DNA of 64,000 bases from Candidatus Omnitrophota bacterium (lineage in GTDB: Bacteria > Omnitrophota > Gorgyraeia > Gygaellales > Profunditerraquicolaceae): assembly GCA_018822885.1 (NCBI GenBank), contig JAHJJA010000047.1, positions 5,384 through 69,383 on the forward strand, in the 5' to 3' direction. This document shows, piece after piece, positions 17,199-25,596 of the stretch. The notes below the pieces were generated by a model that worked only from the letters and a program-made list of their open reading frames with translations, did not search any database and was not told the DNA's origin. A program made the position numbers and the translations under genes. Each line of letters opens with the position of its first letter. Position 1 is the first letter of the stretch.

Positions 17199-19859
17199 AT
17201 GAAAAATCTCTGGAATTTTTCCGATTCTGCCGCAAGTTTTGAGTTTAAAACCGCCCCAAATCTTAATTCGCTGTATCTGCCTTTATGCAATGATCATCTT
17301 ATGTCCTCGATCACCCCCAGTCTGCACGGAGATATTAAAAGCGGACAAAATTCATTCCTGCTTACCCCTGTTTCCCGCATTGATCTGACAGTTTCACGCT
17401 CATCCCGTAATTTCTGGATTTACATTGATAAAAATAAAATATGGTCAGCAACCGGGGTTTCTAAGGATATAAAACAACTGAAGCAGGATAAGGCTGACTT
17501 TTCCGCAGGCCTGCTTTGGCAAAAAGTCACAAGGGCCAACAAAAAAATAGGCCTTAGCGCAGAAATACTTTCTTTTGTCCCCTCGACAGGCGAGCCGGTA
17601 GAAATAATGCGGGTCAGCCTGAAAAATATTTCCTCAAAGAAAATCCAATTGACTCCAACCGCGGCGATCCCGATTTACGCGCGCAGCGCCAATAACATCC
17701 GCGACCACAGGCATGTGTCTTCATTGTTGCAACGGATCTATTTGCATAAATTCGGAGTCATTTCAAAGCCGACTCTTTCTTTTGATGAAGCAGGCCATAA
17801 GCCAAATAAGGAAAATTATTTTGTTTTAGGCTGGGATGAAGATTTTAAGGCGCCGCAATACCTGTATCCGACGCAGGAGATGTTTTGCGGTGAGGGTGGG
17901 GACTTGGAGGCGCCGCTTTCTGTCCTTAATAATCTATCTCCAGATGAAAGCCCTATTCAGGGTAAAGAGGCTATAGGCGCCCTTGGTTTTAAAAGTATCT
18001 GCCTTGCGCCCGGAGCCGCTCATTCTTACATCATTCTGATGGGAATCAGTGATGATACCGCTTCGATAAACAAGATCATCAGAAGATTTAAATCCATTTC
18101 TAAAGTCAACGCGGCATTGGAATCGACAAAAAAATCCTGGGTTAAGGTTTCAGAGAAGATAAGGCTTTCTACGGGCGACGATGATTTTGACCGGTGGTTC
18201 CGTTGGGTGAGTATCCAGCCTACATTAAGAAGGATATTCGGCTGTTCTTTTCTGCCGGACTTTGATTACGGTAAGGGGGGCAGGGGCTGGCGCGATTTAT
18301 GGCAGGATTGCCTTAGCCTTATACTTAATAACCCCAACGAGGTGCGCGCCCTCCTGATCAATAATTTTTCCGGCGTAAGGATCGACGGTTCAAATGCTAC
18401 AATTATCGGCAACAAGCCGGGTGAGTTTATAGCCGACCGTAATGATATCCCCAGGGTTTGGATGGACCATGGGGTCTGGCCGTTGATCACCCTTGATCTA
18501 TATATGAATGAGACAGGGGATTTTGAAATCCTGTTTGAAGAGACGACTTATTTTCGCGACCAGCATATTTTCCGCTCTCAAAAAACAGATAAAGAATGGA
18601 AGCCTTATTTTGAAAACAAATTAAAGACTGCTTCAGGCAAGCTTTATCGTTCGACTATCTTAGAGCATCTGTTAGTGCAGAATCTGGCGCAGTTTTTTAA
18701 TGTCGGTAAACATAACTTTGTCCGTCTTGAGGGCGGCGATTGGAATGATGGGCTTGATATGGCTAAAGATAACGGCGAGAGCGTGGCGTTTAGCGCGATG
18801 TACGCGTATAATCTTTTACGCCTATCAGAGCTCCTGTTTAAGGCCGGAAGAAAGAAGATTTTCTTTGCCAGAGAATTAAAGATCCTCTTGAAGAAGGTCG
18901 ATTACAACAATATTCAGGCAAAACATAAATTGCTGGATGAGTATTTTACGAGGACAAAAGGCACGCTTTCAGGGGCTAAGGTTGAAGTAGATGCGGTTTC
19001 GTTGGCCAAAGACCTGAAATCAAAAGCCGAATGGCTGATGGCGCGTGTGCGCAAGAACGAATGGTTAAAGGATGATTTTTTTAACGGTTATTACGATGAC
19101 AATTGCAGGCGCGTGGAAGGAAAAGTCAATGGCCTTTTAAGGATGAGCCTGACATCGCAGGTGTTTCCGATAATGAGCGGCGCCGCTACTGACAGCCAGA
19201 TAAAAGAGATCTTAAAATGCGCCGATAGATACCTTCTGGATAAAAAGCTCAACGGTTATCATCTAAATACCGATTTCAAAAAGGAACAGCATGACTTGGG
19301 GCGCGCGTTTTCCTTCGCCTATGGCGAGAAGGAGAACGGCTCGTTTTTTAACCATATGATCGTGATGTTTGCCTTTGCGCTTTACAGGCGCGGCTACAAC
19401 TTAGAGGGTTGGCGCGTTTTAAGTTCTATTTATAATATGGTTATGGATAGCGGAAAAAGCAGGATTTATCCTTGTCTGCCGGAATATTTTAATCCGGAGG
19501 GCAGAGGGATGTATTCTTATTTGACCGGCTCCGCAAGCTGGTTTGTGCTGACTATGCTCACACAGGTTTTTGGGGTAAGGGGTGAGGCAGGAGACTTGCT
19601 CATCGAGCCTAAATTATGCGCCAAGCATTTCGGCAAAAATAAGACCTTGAGCATTGAAAGGGTTTTTGCCGGGAAAAATATTAAAGTGAATTTTGTCTGT
19701 CCGCGCAAGGCCTCTAATGCTAAATTACAGATTAAAAGGGCAAGTTTGAACAACCGTAATCTATTGATAAAAGAGGATAACAGAGTTTTGATTCCCCGCA
19801 AAACCGTAATTGCTCTACCGTCTGATAAAATAAATAGTATCGAGGTAGTTTTGGGATAA
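17199..19859 (+). CDS. Putative glycoside phosphorylase/hydrolase of the (alpha/alpha)6-barrel GH94/GH65-like superfamily
   Basis: 886 aa. Motifs GGRGWRDLWQD and EGGDWNDGLDMA resemble the conserved RD..QD and DWND catalytic-region motifs of cellobiose-phosphorylase-like enzymes. Family assignment is tentative. Confidence 0.5.
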   Translation: MKNLWNFSDSAASFEFKTAPNLNSLYLPLCNDHLMSSITPSLHGDIKSGQNSFLLTPVSRIDLTVSRSSRNFWIYIDKNKIWSATGVSKDIKQLKQDKADFSAGLLWQKVTRANKKIGLSAEILSFVPSTGEPVEIMRVSLKNISSKKIQLTPTAAIPIYARSANNIRDHRHVSSLLQRIYLHKFGVISKPTLSFDEAGHKPNKENYFVLGWDEDFKAPQYLYPTQEMFCGEGGDLEAPLSVLNNLSPDESPIQGKEAIGALGFKSICLAPGAAHSYIILMGISDDTASINKIIRRFKSISKVNAALESTKKSWVKVSEKIRLSTGDDDFDRWFRWVSIQPTLRRIFGCSFLPDFDYGKGGRGWRDLWQDCLSLILNNPNEVRALLINNFSGVRIDGSNATIIGNKPGEFIADRNDIPRVWMDHGVWPLITLDLYMNETGDFEILFEETTYFRDQHIFRSQKTDKEWKPYFENKLKTASGKLYRSTILEHLLVQNLAQFFNVGKHNFVRLEGGDWNDGLDMAKDNGESVAFSAMYAYNLLRLSELLFKAGRKKIFFARELKILLKKVDYNNIQAKHKLLDEYFTRTKGTLSGAKVEVDAVSLAKDLKSKAEWLMARVRKNEWLKDDFFNGYYDDNCRRVEGKVNGLLRMSLTSQVFPIMSGAATDSQIKEILKCADRYLLDKKLNGYHLNTDFKKEQHDLGRAFSFAYGEKENGSFFNHMIVMFAFALYRRGYNLEGWRVLSSIYNMVMDSGKSRIYPCLPEYFNPEGRGMYSYLTGSASWFVLTMLTQVFGVRGEAGDLLIEPKLCAKHFGKNKTLSIERVFAGKNIKVNFVCPRKASNAKLQIKRASLNNRNLLIKEDNRVLIPRKTVIALPSDKINSIEVVLG

Positions 19860-19868
19860 TTCTTGCGA

Positions 19869-19918
19869 TCAAGACCCGGTCTTGACTTTCTATCTCAATG
19901 TTAAGACCGGGTCTTGAC
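19869..19918. repeat. Pair of 18-bp near-palindromic sites
   Basis: 19869-19886 is TCAAGACCCGGTCTTGAC and 19901-19918 is TTAAGACCGGGTCTTGAC. They are reverse complements of each other, each self-complementary, and related to the hairpin arms at 856-905. Confidence 0.6.
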
Positions 19919-19939
19919 AGCGTGAGAGGAAAACAAATC

Positions 19940-19968
19940 TTTACAAATCAATAATATATAGGTATAAT
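19940..19968 (+). promoter_or_regulatory. Sigma70-type promoter upstream of hisG
   Basis: TTTACA-N17-TATAAT, with a ~130-nt leader to the hisG ATG. Confidence 0.55.
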
Positions 19969-20100
19969 AACTCCTCGTGTTAAAGAGGCCGGTTAAAATA
20001 AGGAAAACCTGGAAGATAAACCCCCGGACGCGGGTCAAAAAGAGTAAGAAAATCTACTCCCGCAGTAAAACAAAGCTTGAAATAAAAAGGATGATCCAAA

Positions 20101-20985
20101 ATGAAAGAAAAAGTGCTTAAAATAGGTTTACCAAAGGGCAGCCTTCAGGAGGCGACCTTTAAAATATTTAAAAAGGCCGGATTCAATGTTTCGCTTCCTA
20201 ATGAGCGCTCTTATTTTCCGTCGATAAATGACCCCGAAATAAAAGCGGTATTGCTGCGCGCGCAGGAGATGTCCCGTTACGTGCAGGATGAAGCGCTTGA
20301 TTGCGGGATCACCGGCAATGACTGGATTTTAGAAAACAGGTCTGACGTGGTAAGGATCACTGATCTGGCTTACGCCAAGCAGAGCATGAACAAGGTGCGC
20401 TGGGTCCTGGCTGTACCGCAGGATTCCGGAGTAAAGTCGGTGAAGGATCTAGGTGGAAAGCGCATTGCCACGGAATTGGTTAATGTCACCAAAGATTACT
20501 TTAAAAAGCACAATGTCAAGGTCGATGTTGAATTCAGCTGGGGCGCCACAGAAGTCAAGGTAAGCGCCGGGTTAGTCGATGCTATTGTCGAGCTTACCGA
20601 GACCGGTTCAAGCCTAAGGGCAAATAAATTAAGCGAGATCGCCACTCTTTGCGAATCCACTACGCAGTTCATCTGCAATAAAAAAGCGTTTAAAGACCCT
20701 TGGAAGAAGGCGAAGATGGAGGAGATAGCACTTTTATTAAAGGGCGCCATTGCCGCCGAGGCAAAAGTAGGCCTGAAAATGAATGTGCGTAAAGGTGATC
20801 TGAAGAAAGTAACTTCTAAACTCCCCGCGCTTAGAAAACCGACTATCTCCGGACTTTCCGAAGATGGATGGTATGCGGTCGAGACTATAATAGATGAGAG
20901 TGTAGTGCGCGTGCTGATCCCGGAGTTAAAGAAGGCCGGGGCCTCGGGGATCATTGAGTATCCGTTGAATAAAGTAATTTACTAG
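20101..20985 (+). CDS. hisG: ATP phosphoribosyltransferase, long form
   Basis: 294 aa: HisG catalytic domains plus a C-terminal regulatory domain. Confidence 0.85.
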   Translation: MKEKVLKIGLPKGSLQEATFKIFKKAGFNVSLPNERSYFPSINDPEIKAVLLRAQEMSRYVQDEALDCGITGNDWILENRSDVVRITDLAYAKQSMNKVRWVLAVPQDSGVKSVKDLGGKRIATELVNVTKDYFKKHNVKVDVEFSWGATEVKVSAGLVDAIVELTETGSSLRANKLSEIATLCESTTQFICNKKAFKDPWKKAKMEEIALLLKGAIAAEAKVGLKMNVRKGDLKKVTSKLPALRKPTISGLSEDGWYAVETIIDESVVRVLIPELKKAGASGIIEYPLNKVIY

Positions 20986-21011
20986 TAGCGGGCGATTAAA
21001 AGGAGCAAACG

Positions 21012-21113
21012 ATGCCTTGCGGTAAAAAGAGAAAAAGAAAGAAGATCAGGACTCATAAAAGAAAGAAGTTGCGTCGTCGTCTTCGCCATCTGAAGAAGAG
21101 AGCCTGGGGTTAA
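21012..21113 (+). CDS. 33-aa highly basic protein resembling ribosomal protein bS22
   Basis: MPCGKKRKRKKIRTHKRKKLRRRLRHLKKRAWG follows an AAAGGAG RBS. Composition and KRKR..HKRKKLRRR pattern resemble bS22 ([25 protein letters not shown]...). Below the ORF-track length cutoff. Confidence 0.45.
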   Translation: MPCGKKRKRKKIRTHKRKKLRRRLRHLKKRAWG

Positions 21114-21148
21114 TCCGATAACAAGTAGGTTTAGGGGCTATTCCGATA

Positions 21149-22126
21149 ATGACTTCTAACGCGAAGAAGCGCGCATGGGGCCTGTTTTTGTGCTTTTTGT
21201 TTTGTTTTAGCTTAAGAACAGACATATATTGCCTGGATAAGAAAAGTTCATCCGCACTTTCTCATTATATCATGGGAGTGATGTATGAGGATTTGGGCGA
21301 GATCGATAAGGCTATCCAGGAATATAAGAAGGCTATAGGGTTTGATTCCCAGGTAGTGCTTATGCATTTAAGCCTGGCTGCTAATTACCTGAAGAAAAAT
21401 CAGGCAGCTCAGGCAATAGATGAGCTTAAGACGGCCATCCTATTAGACCCTGATTCGGTCGAGCCGCACGCCATTTTGGCGCTGATATATACCTCTCAGA
21501 ATAAGGGCGAGCTGGCCTCCCAGGAATACGAAACAGCTTTAAAGAACGCTTCAAAACTTGACCCGGGTAATATCAATATCTACAAAGGCCTTGGGGCAGT
21601 ATATTTGAAGCAGAAGAAAACAAAAGAGGCGGAAAGTACTTTTAAGCTTATTCTGGATTTGTCTCCCGGTGATGCCGACGCGCATTTTTTTCTCGGCGGT
21701 ATTTATAACGAGGAAAATAAGTCCGCGCTGGCGGAAAAAGAACTTAAGCGCGCGATAGAGCTTAAGCCTGATTATGCCGAGGCGTTGAATTTCCTCGGCT
21801 ATCTTTATGTGGAGTCCAACAGGAACCTGGATAAAGCCGAGGGCATGATACGTAAGGCTTTAGAGAAGGACAAGGATAATGGCGCCTACATTGATAGCTT
21901 GGGCTGGCTTTATTTTCAAAAAGGGAAGATTAAAGAGGCGCTTAAGGAGCTCGAAAGAGCTAAAACTTTGATCGAAGACCCGGTTGTCTACGAACATCTC
22001 GGAGAGGCCTACTTAAAATTAAAAGATATAGATAATGCCAGGCTTAACTGGGAGAAATCACTAAAGCTTGATCCGAAACAGGAGAAGGTCAGAAAAAAAC
22101 TTGAAAATTTAAAGAATAAAAGATAG
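21149..22126 (+). CDS. Secreted TPR-repeat protein
   Basis: Signal peptide followed by ~8 tetratricopeptide repeats. Confidence 0.6.
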   Translation: MTSNAKKRAWGLFLCFLFCFSLRTDIYCLDKKSSSALSHYIMGVMYEDLGEIDKAIQEYKKAIGFDSQVVLMHLSLAANYLKKNQAAQAIDELKTAILLDPDSVEPHAILALIYTSQNKGELASQEYETALKNASKLDPGNINIYKGLGAVYLKQKKTKEAESTFKLILDLSPGDADAHFFLGGIYNEENKSALAEKELKRAIELKPDYAEALNFLGYLYVESNRNLDKAEGMIRKALEKDKDNGAYIDSLGWLYFQKGKIKEALKELERAKTLIEDPVVYEHLGEAYLKLKDIDNARLNWEKSLKLDPKQEKVRKKLENLKNKR

Positions 22127-22136
22127 AAAGCAAAAA

Positions 22137-22964
22137 TTGAAAATGGATCAATCTCAAGAAAAAATCAAAGAATTAGAAGCTAAAGCAAAAGAGATACGCT
22201 GTCTTATCGTAGAGATGCTTGCTAAGGCTGGTTCCGGGCATCCCGGGGGGAGCCTTTCGGCGACAGACCTGATCACTGCTTTGTATTTTGCGGTATTAAA
22301 GCATGACCCTAAGAATCCGCAGTGGCATGAACGCGACAGGTTTCATATGTCAAAGGGGCATTGTTGTCCGCTTTGGTATGCGGTTTTGGCTGAATCAGGC
22401 TATTTTCCTAAGGAAAAGCTGATGACTTTACGCCAGCTTGGTTCTATGCTTCAGGGGCATCCTGACAGGCGCACTCCCGGAGTAGAGGTACCCTCTGGTT
22501 CTCTGGGGCAGGGGTTGTCAGTCGCGCTGGGAATGAGTTTGGCTGCGCGGGTAGATAAAAATGATTACAGGGTGTACGTCTTGATTGGCGACGGAGAATC
22601 GCAAGAGGGTAATATCTGGGAAGCGGCAATGGCTGCCAGCCACTATAAATGCGACAATATCTGCGCTATCCTTGATTATAACGGATTCCAGATCGACGGA
22701 AAGATCTGTCAGATCATGGCATTAGAGCCTGTAGTGCTCAAGTGGCAGGCTTTCGGTTGGAATACCATAGAGATAAACGGCCACGATATGAAACAGATCC
22801 TGTCCGCATATGAAGAGGCAAAGAAAGTAAAAGAGAAGCCCACGATCATCATCGCGCACACAGTAAAGGGTAAGGGTGTTTCTTTTATGGAGCATGTCTG
22901 CGATTTTCACGGCCGCGCGCCTACGAAAGAAGAAACAGAAAAGGCATTGAAAGAATTACAATGA
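22137..22964 (+). CDS. Transketolase, N-terminal subunit
   Basis: Split-type transketolase TPP-binding half (GHPGGSLSATD, GDGESQEG). Confidence 0.85.
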   Translation: MKMDQSQEKIKELEAKAKEIRCLIVEMLAKAGSGHPGGSLSATDLITALYFAVLKHDPKNPQWHERDRFHMSKGHCCPLWYAVLAESGYFPKEKLMTLRQLGSMLQGHPDRRTPGVEVPSGSLGQGLSVALGMSLAARVDKNDYRVYVLIGDGESQEGNIWEAAMAASHYKCDNICAILDYNGFQIDGKICQIMALEPVVLKWQAFGWNTIEINGHDMKQILSAYEEAKKVKEKPTIIIAHTVKGKGVSFMEHVCDFHGRAPTKEETEKALKELQ

Positions 22965-23896
22965 GCGAACTTTTATATCAAAGGGATATCTACGGAAAGA
23001 CTCTAGTCGAACTTGGCAAGATAAATAAGGATATTATCGTCCTAGACGCGGACCTTTCCAGTTCAACACGCACAAGCCTTTTTGCCAAGGCTTATCCGGA
23101 AAGATTTTTTAACCTCGGAGTAGCAGAACAGAATATGATGGCTACCGCCGCGAGGTTTGCCTCTTGCGGCAAAACTGTGTTTGCCTCTACATTCGCGATA
23201 TTCGCTACCGGCAGGGCATGGGACCAGGTCAGAAATTCCGTCAGCTATAGTAATTTTAATATCAAAATAGTGGCTACTCACGCAGGCATCACCGTAGGCC
23301 CTGACGGGGCAACGCATCAGGCACTCGAAGATATAGCCCTTATGCGCGTGATCCCTAACATGAAGATTATTGTTCCTTGCGACGGCCCCCAGACAGGCGA
23401 AGCTATAATTGCAGCGCTAAATAATAAGGGCCCTTTTTATGTGCGGCTAGGACGGTGTAAGGTTCCTACATTAGAGAATAAGGGAGAGTTTAAATTAGGC
23501 AAGGCACAGGTCTTGACCGAAGGTAATGATGTAGCGGTTCTTGCCTGCGGTATAATGGTCGCGCAGGCGCTGGAAGCAGTCAAAAGCTTAAAAGAAAAGG
23601 GGATAAGTGCTCGGCTGATCAATATGCATACTATAAGGCCCCTTGATAGCGAGGCGATCTTAAAGGCCGCTAAAGAAACCCGCGGCATAGTGGTCTGCGA
23701 AGAACATTCGGTGATCGGAGGGCTGGCCTCCAGCATCGATGAAGTAGTGGCGGAAAATCACCCCACAAAAGTGCTGCGCGTCGGGATAAAAAACAGGTTC
23801 GGCCAATCTGGCGAGCCTGATGAATTGCTTAAAGAGTACAATCTGACGAGCGCGGATATTGAAAAAGCCGTATTAGCCTGCATATCTTCTAAGTAA
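22961..23896 (+). CDS. Transketolase, C-terminal subunit
   Basis: Pyrimidine-binding and C-terminal domains. Overlaps the N-terminal subunit stop. Confidence 0.85.
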   Translation: MSELLYQRDIYGKTLVELGKINKDIIVLDADLSSSTRTSLFAKAYPERFFNLGVAEQNMMATAARFASCGKTVFASTFAIFATGRAWDQVRNSVSYSNFNIKIVATHAGITVGPDGATHQALEDIALMRVIPNMKIIVPCDGPQTGEAIIAALNNKGPFYVRLGRCKVPTLENKGEFKLGKAQVLTEGNDVAVLACGIMVAQALEAVKSLKEKGISARLINMHTIRPLDSEAILKAAKETRGIVVCEEHSVIGGLASSIDEVVAENHPTKVLRVGIKNRFGQSGEPDELLKEYNLTSADIEKAVLACISSK

Positions 23897-23899
23897 AAA

Positions 23900-24820
23900 T
23901 TGGTCCTCAAATCCTACGCTAAATTAAACCTCTATTTAAAAGTCCTGAAGCTTCGTAAGGATAAATACCATAGCCTAAAAAGCCTGTTTGAAAGGATCGA
24001 TCTCGCTGATAGGATAATCATCAGGTCAACCCCGGATAAAAGAATCAGGATAATCTGTAAAGACGCGGCTGTACCTCAAGATAGCGCTAACCTTTGCTAT
24101 AAAAGCGCAAAATTATTGCAGGATGTTTTTGGCATTACTAAAGGCGCGGATATTACGATTGAAAAAAATATTCCTGTGGGAGCCGGGCTCGGAGGCGGTT
24201 CAAGTAACGCTGCCACAGTGCTTTTAGGCTTGAATAAAATTTGGAAACTAAATATTTCCCGGGAAAAACTGGCTAAATTAGGCGCTAAGGTCGGCAGCGA
24301 CGTGCCGTTTTTTATTTACGCTTCTCCTTTTGCCCTTGTTACTGGAAGGGGTGAGAGGATAAAGCCGTTAAAACTCCTTAATAAGGGTACTCTTTGGCAT
24401 ATTATTATTGTGCCGAAATTGCACGTTTCCACGCCTTTGATTTATAAGAAATGGGATGATTTTAGCGGGATTTCCCCTACACCAACTTTTAATAAAACTG
24501 GTTCAAGAAAGTTGGTGTGGGGGTTGACAAAGCCCAAATACGATGTTAAACTACTTCTTTCGGTGATTGAAAAAAAGGGCCTGATTTGGCCGGATGGGGT
24601 TTTATTCAACAGCTTAGAGGCTGTGACAGTAAAGCTTTATCCTGAAGTCAGGCTCATAAAAGAAAAACTCTCCGCTCTGGGTGTAAAATCAATCTTGATG
24701 TCCGGAAGCGGTCCGGCTGTATTTGGAATTGTTTCTTCGCGAAAGGAGGCCGTAGCTTTAAGGGAAAGGCTGACGTATTCTTGCAGCCGGTGGCGTGTTT
24801 TTGCCGCTAAGACTTTTTAA
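23900..24820 (+). CDS. ispE: 4-diphosphocytidyl-2-C-methyl-D-erythritol kinase
   Basis: GHMP kinase motif PVGAGLGGGSSNAA, AKLNLYLKV N-terminus. Confidence 0.8.
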   Translation: MVLKSYAKLNLYLKVLKLRKDKYHSLKSLFERIDLADRIIIRSTPDKRIRIICKDAAVPQDSANLCYKSAKLLQDVFGITKGADITIEKNIPVGAGLGGGSSNAATVLLGLNKIWKLNISREKLAKLGAKVGSDVPFFIYASPFALVTGRGERIKPLKLLNKGTLWHIIIVPKLHVSTPLIYKKWDDFSGISPTPTFNKTGSRKLVWGLTKPKYDVKLLLSVIEKKGLIWPDGVLFNSLEAVTVKLYPEVRLIKEKLSALGVKSILMSGSGPAVFGIVSSRKEAVALRERLTYSCSRWRVFAAKTF

Positions 24821-24838
24821 GCAGAGTAACAGGAGGTA

Positions 24839-25240
24839 ATGGCCATGGAAATCACCGAAGTAAGGGTAACTCTTAAGGATTCTCCCGATAAAAAACTAAA
24901 GGCATACGCGACTGTTACTTTTGACAATGCCTTTGTCGTCAGGAATATAAAAGTAATAGAGGGCTCTACGGGGCTTTTTATCGCAATGCCTTCTAGAAAA
25001 ATAAAACAGCCCTGTCCGAAATGTAATTTTAAGAACGAATTACGCAGTAAATATTGCAACCAGTGCGGCGCGACTTTGCCTGTGACTAGCCGTCCTATGC
25101 CGGAAGAGACTCAAGGTAGTTCGCAGTTGGAGCACAAAGATATAGCTCATCCTATCACCCAGCAGTTCAGGGAGCTTCTGCAGAAGAAAGTCCTGGAAGC
25201 GTATGAGCAGGAAAAGCTAAAGAGCCCAGCCGGTTTTTAA
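24839..25240 (+). CDS. spoVG: SpoVG-family protein with an inserted zinc-ribbon
   Basis: The N-terminus matches SpoVG (ITEVRVTLKDSPDKKLKAYATVTFDNAFVVRNIKVIEGSTGLFIAMPSRK), and the C-terminus has DIAHPI. About 40 aa are inserted containing CPKC-N13-CNQC. Confidence 0.7.
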   Translation: MAMEITEVRVTLKDSPDKKLKAYATVTFDNAFVVRNIKVIEGSTGLFIAMPSRKIKQPCPKCNFKNELRSKYCNQCGATLPVTSRPMPEETQGSSQLEHKDIAHPITQQFRELLQKKVLEAYEQEKLKSPAGF

Positions 25241-25269
25241 GGCAGGATGACCGCAAGTTCATATTTGCC

Positions 25270-25389
25270 CGGTAGTGTCCCGCCGTAGTATTGGGTAGCA
25301 AGCGGGATCCCGACCGAGCGTAAGCGAGCGTCGGGATAATGGTAGCACAGGGCGGCCTCGCAAAGTATGAGGAACTTAGAATTTAGATT
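25270..25389 (+). repeat. tRNA-Gln-flanking structured repeat, copy A (upstream)
   Basis: It contains CCCGC-N18-GCGGG, then a TCCCGAC-CGAGCGTAAGCGAGC-GTCGGGA hairpin. The loop is the reverse complement of the unit-2 loop at 4891-4905. Confidence 0.65.
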
Positions 25390-25460
25390 TGGGATGTCGT
25401 CCAATGGGAGGACACGAGAATTTGGGTCTCGCTATCATGGTTCGAATCCATGCGTCCCAA
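25390..25460 (+). tRNA. tRNA-Gln (anticodon TTG)
   Basis: U1-A72 acceptor TGGGATG/CGTCCCA, D arm GTCC-AATGGGA-GGAC, anticodon stem CGAGA/TCTCG with loop ATTTGGG, T arm CATGG-TTCGAAT-CCATG. G37 is slightly unusual. Confidence 0.75.
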
Positions 25461-25486
25461 TTTGATAAGATGATTGTCAAGGTTCT

Positions 25487-25590
25487 CCCGCCGTAGTATT
25501 AGGTAGCAAGCGGGATCCCAACTGAACGCAATAGAAGTTGGGAATCCTTGCCGGGCAACGGTCGATTTCAGACGTCCCAACTAACACAGA
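25487..25590 (+). repeat. tRNA-Gln-flanking structured repeat, copy B (downstream)
   Basis: Same CCCGCCGTAGTATT(A/G)GGTAGCAAGCGGGAT head as copy A. The hairpin is TCCCAAC-TGAACGCAATAGAA-GTTGGGA, covarying with copy A. It ends GGTCGATTTCAGACGTCCCAA, a degenerate copy of the tRNA-Gln T-arm and acceptor 3' end. Confidence 0.65.
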
Positions 25591-25596
25591 AAAACT

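Noticed and set aside
25300-25545. Integron attC sites, because YCCCRAC...GTYGGGR hairpin stems resemble RYYYAAC/GTTRRRY core sites
   Set aside because: No intI integrase, attI or gene cassettes nearby. The hairpins are perfect with no extrahelical bases. They sit beside tRNA genes rather than flanking ORFs. The first base does not fit the R of the consensus.
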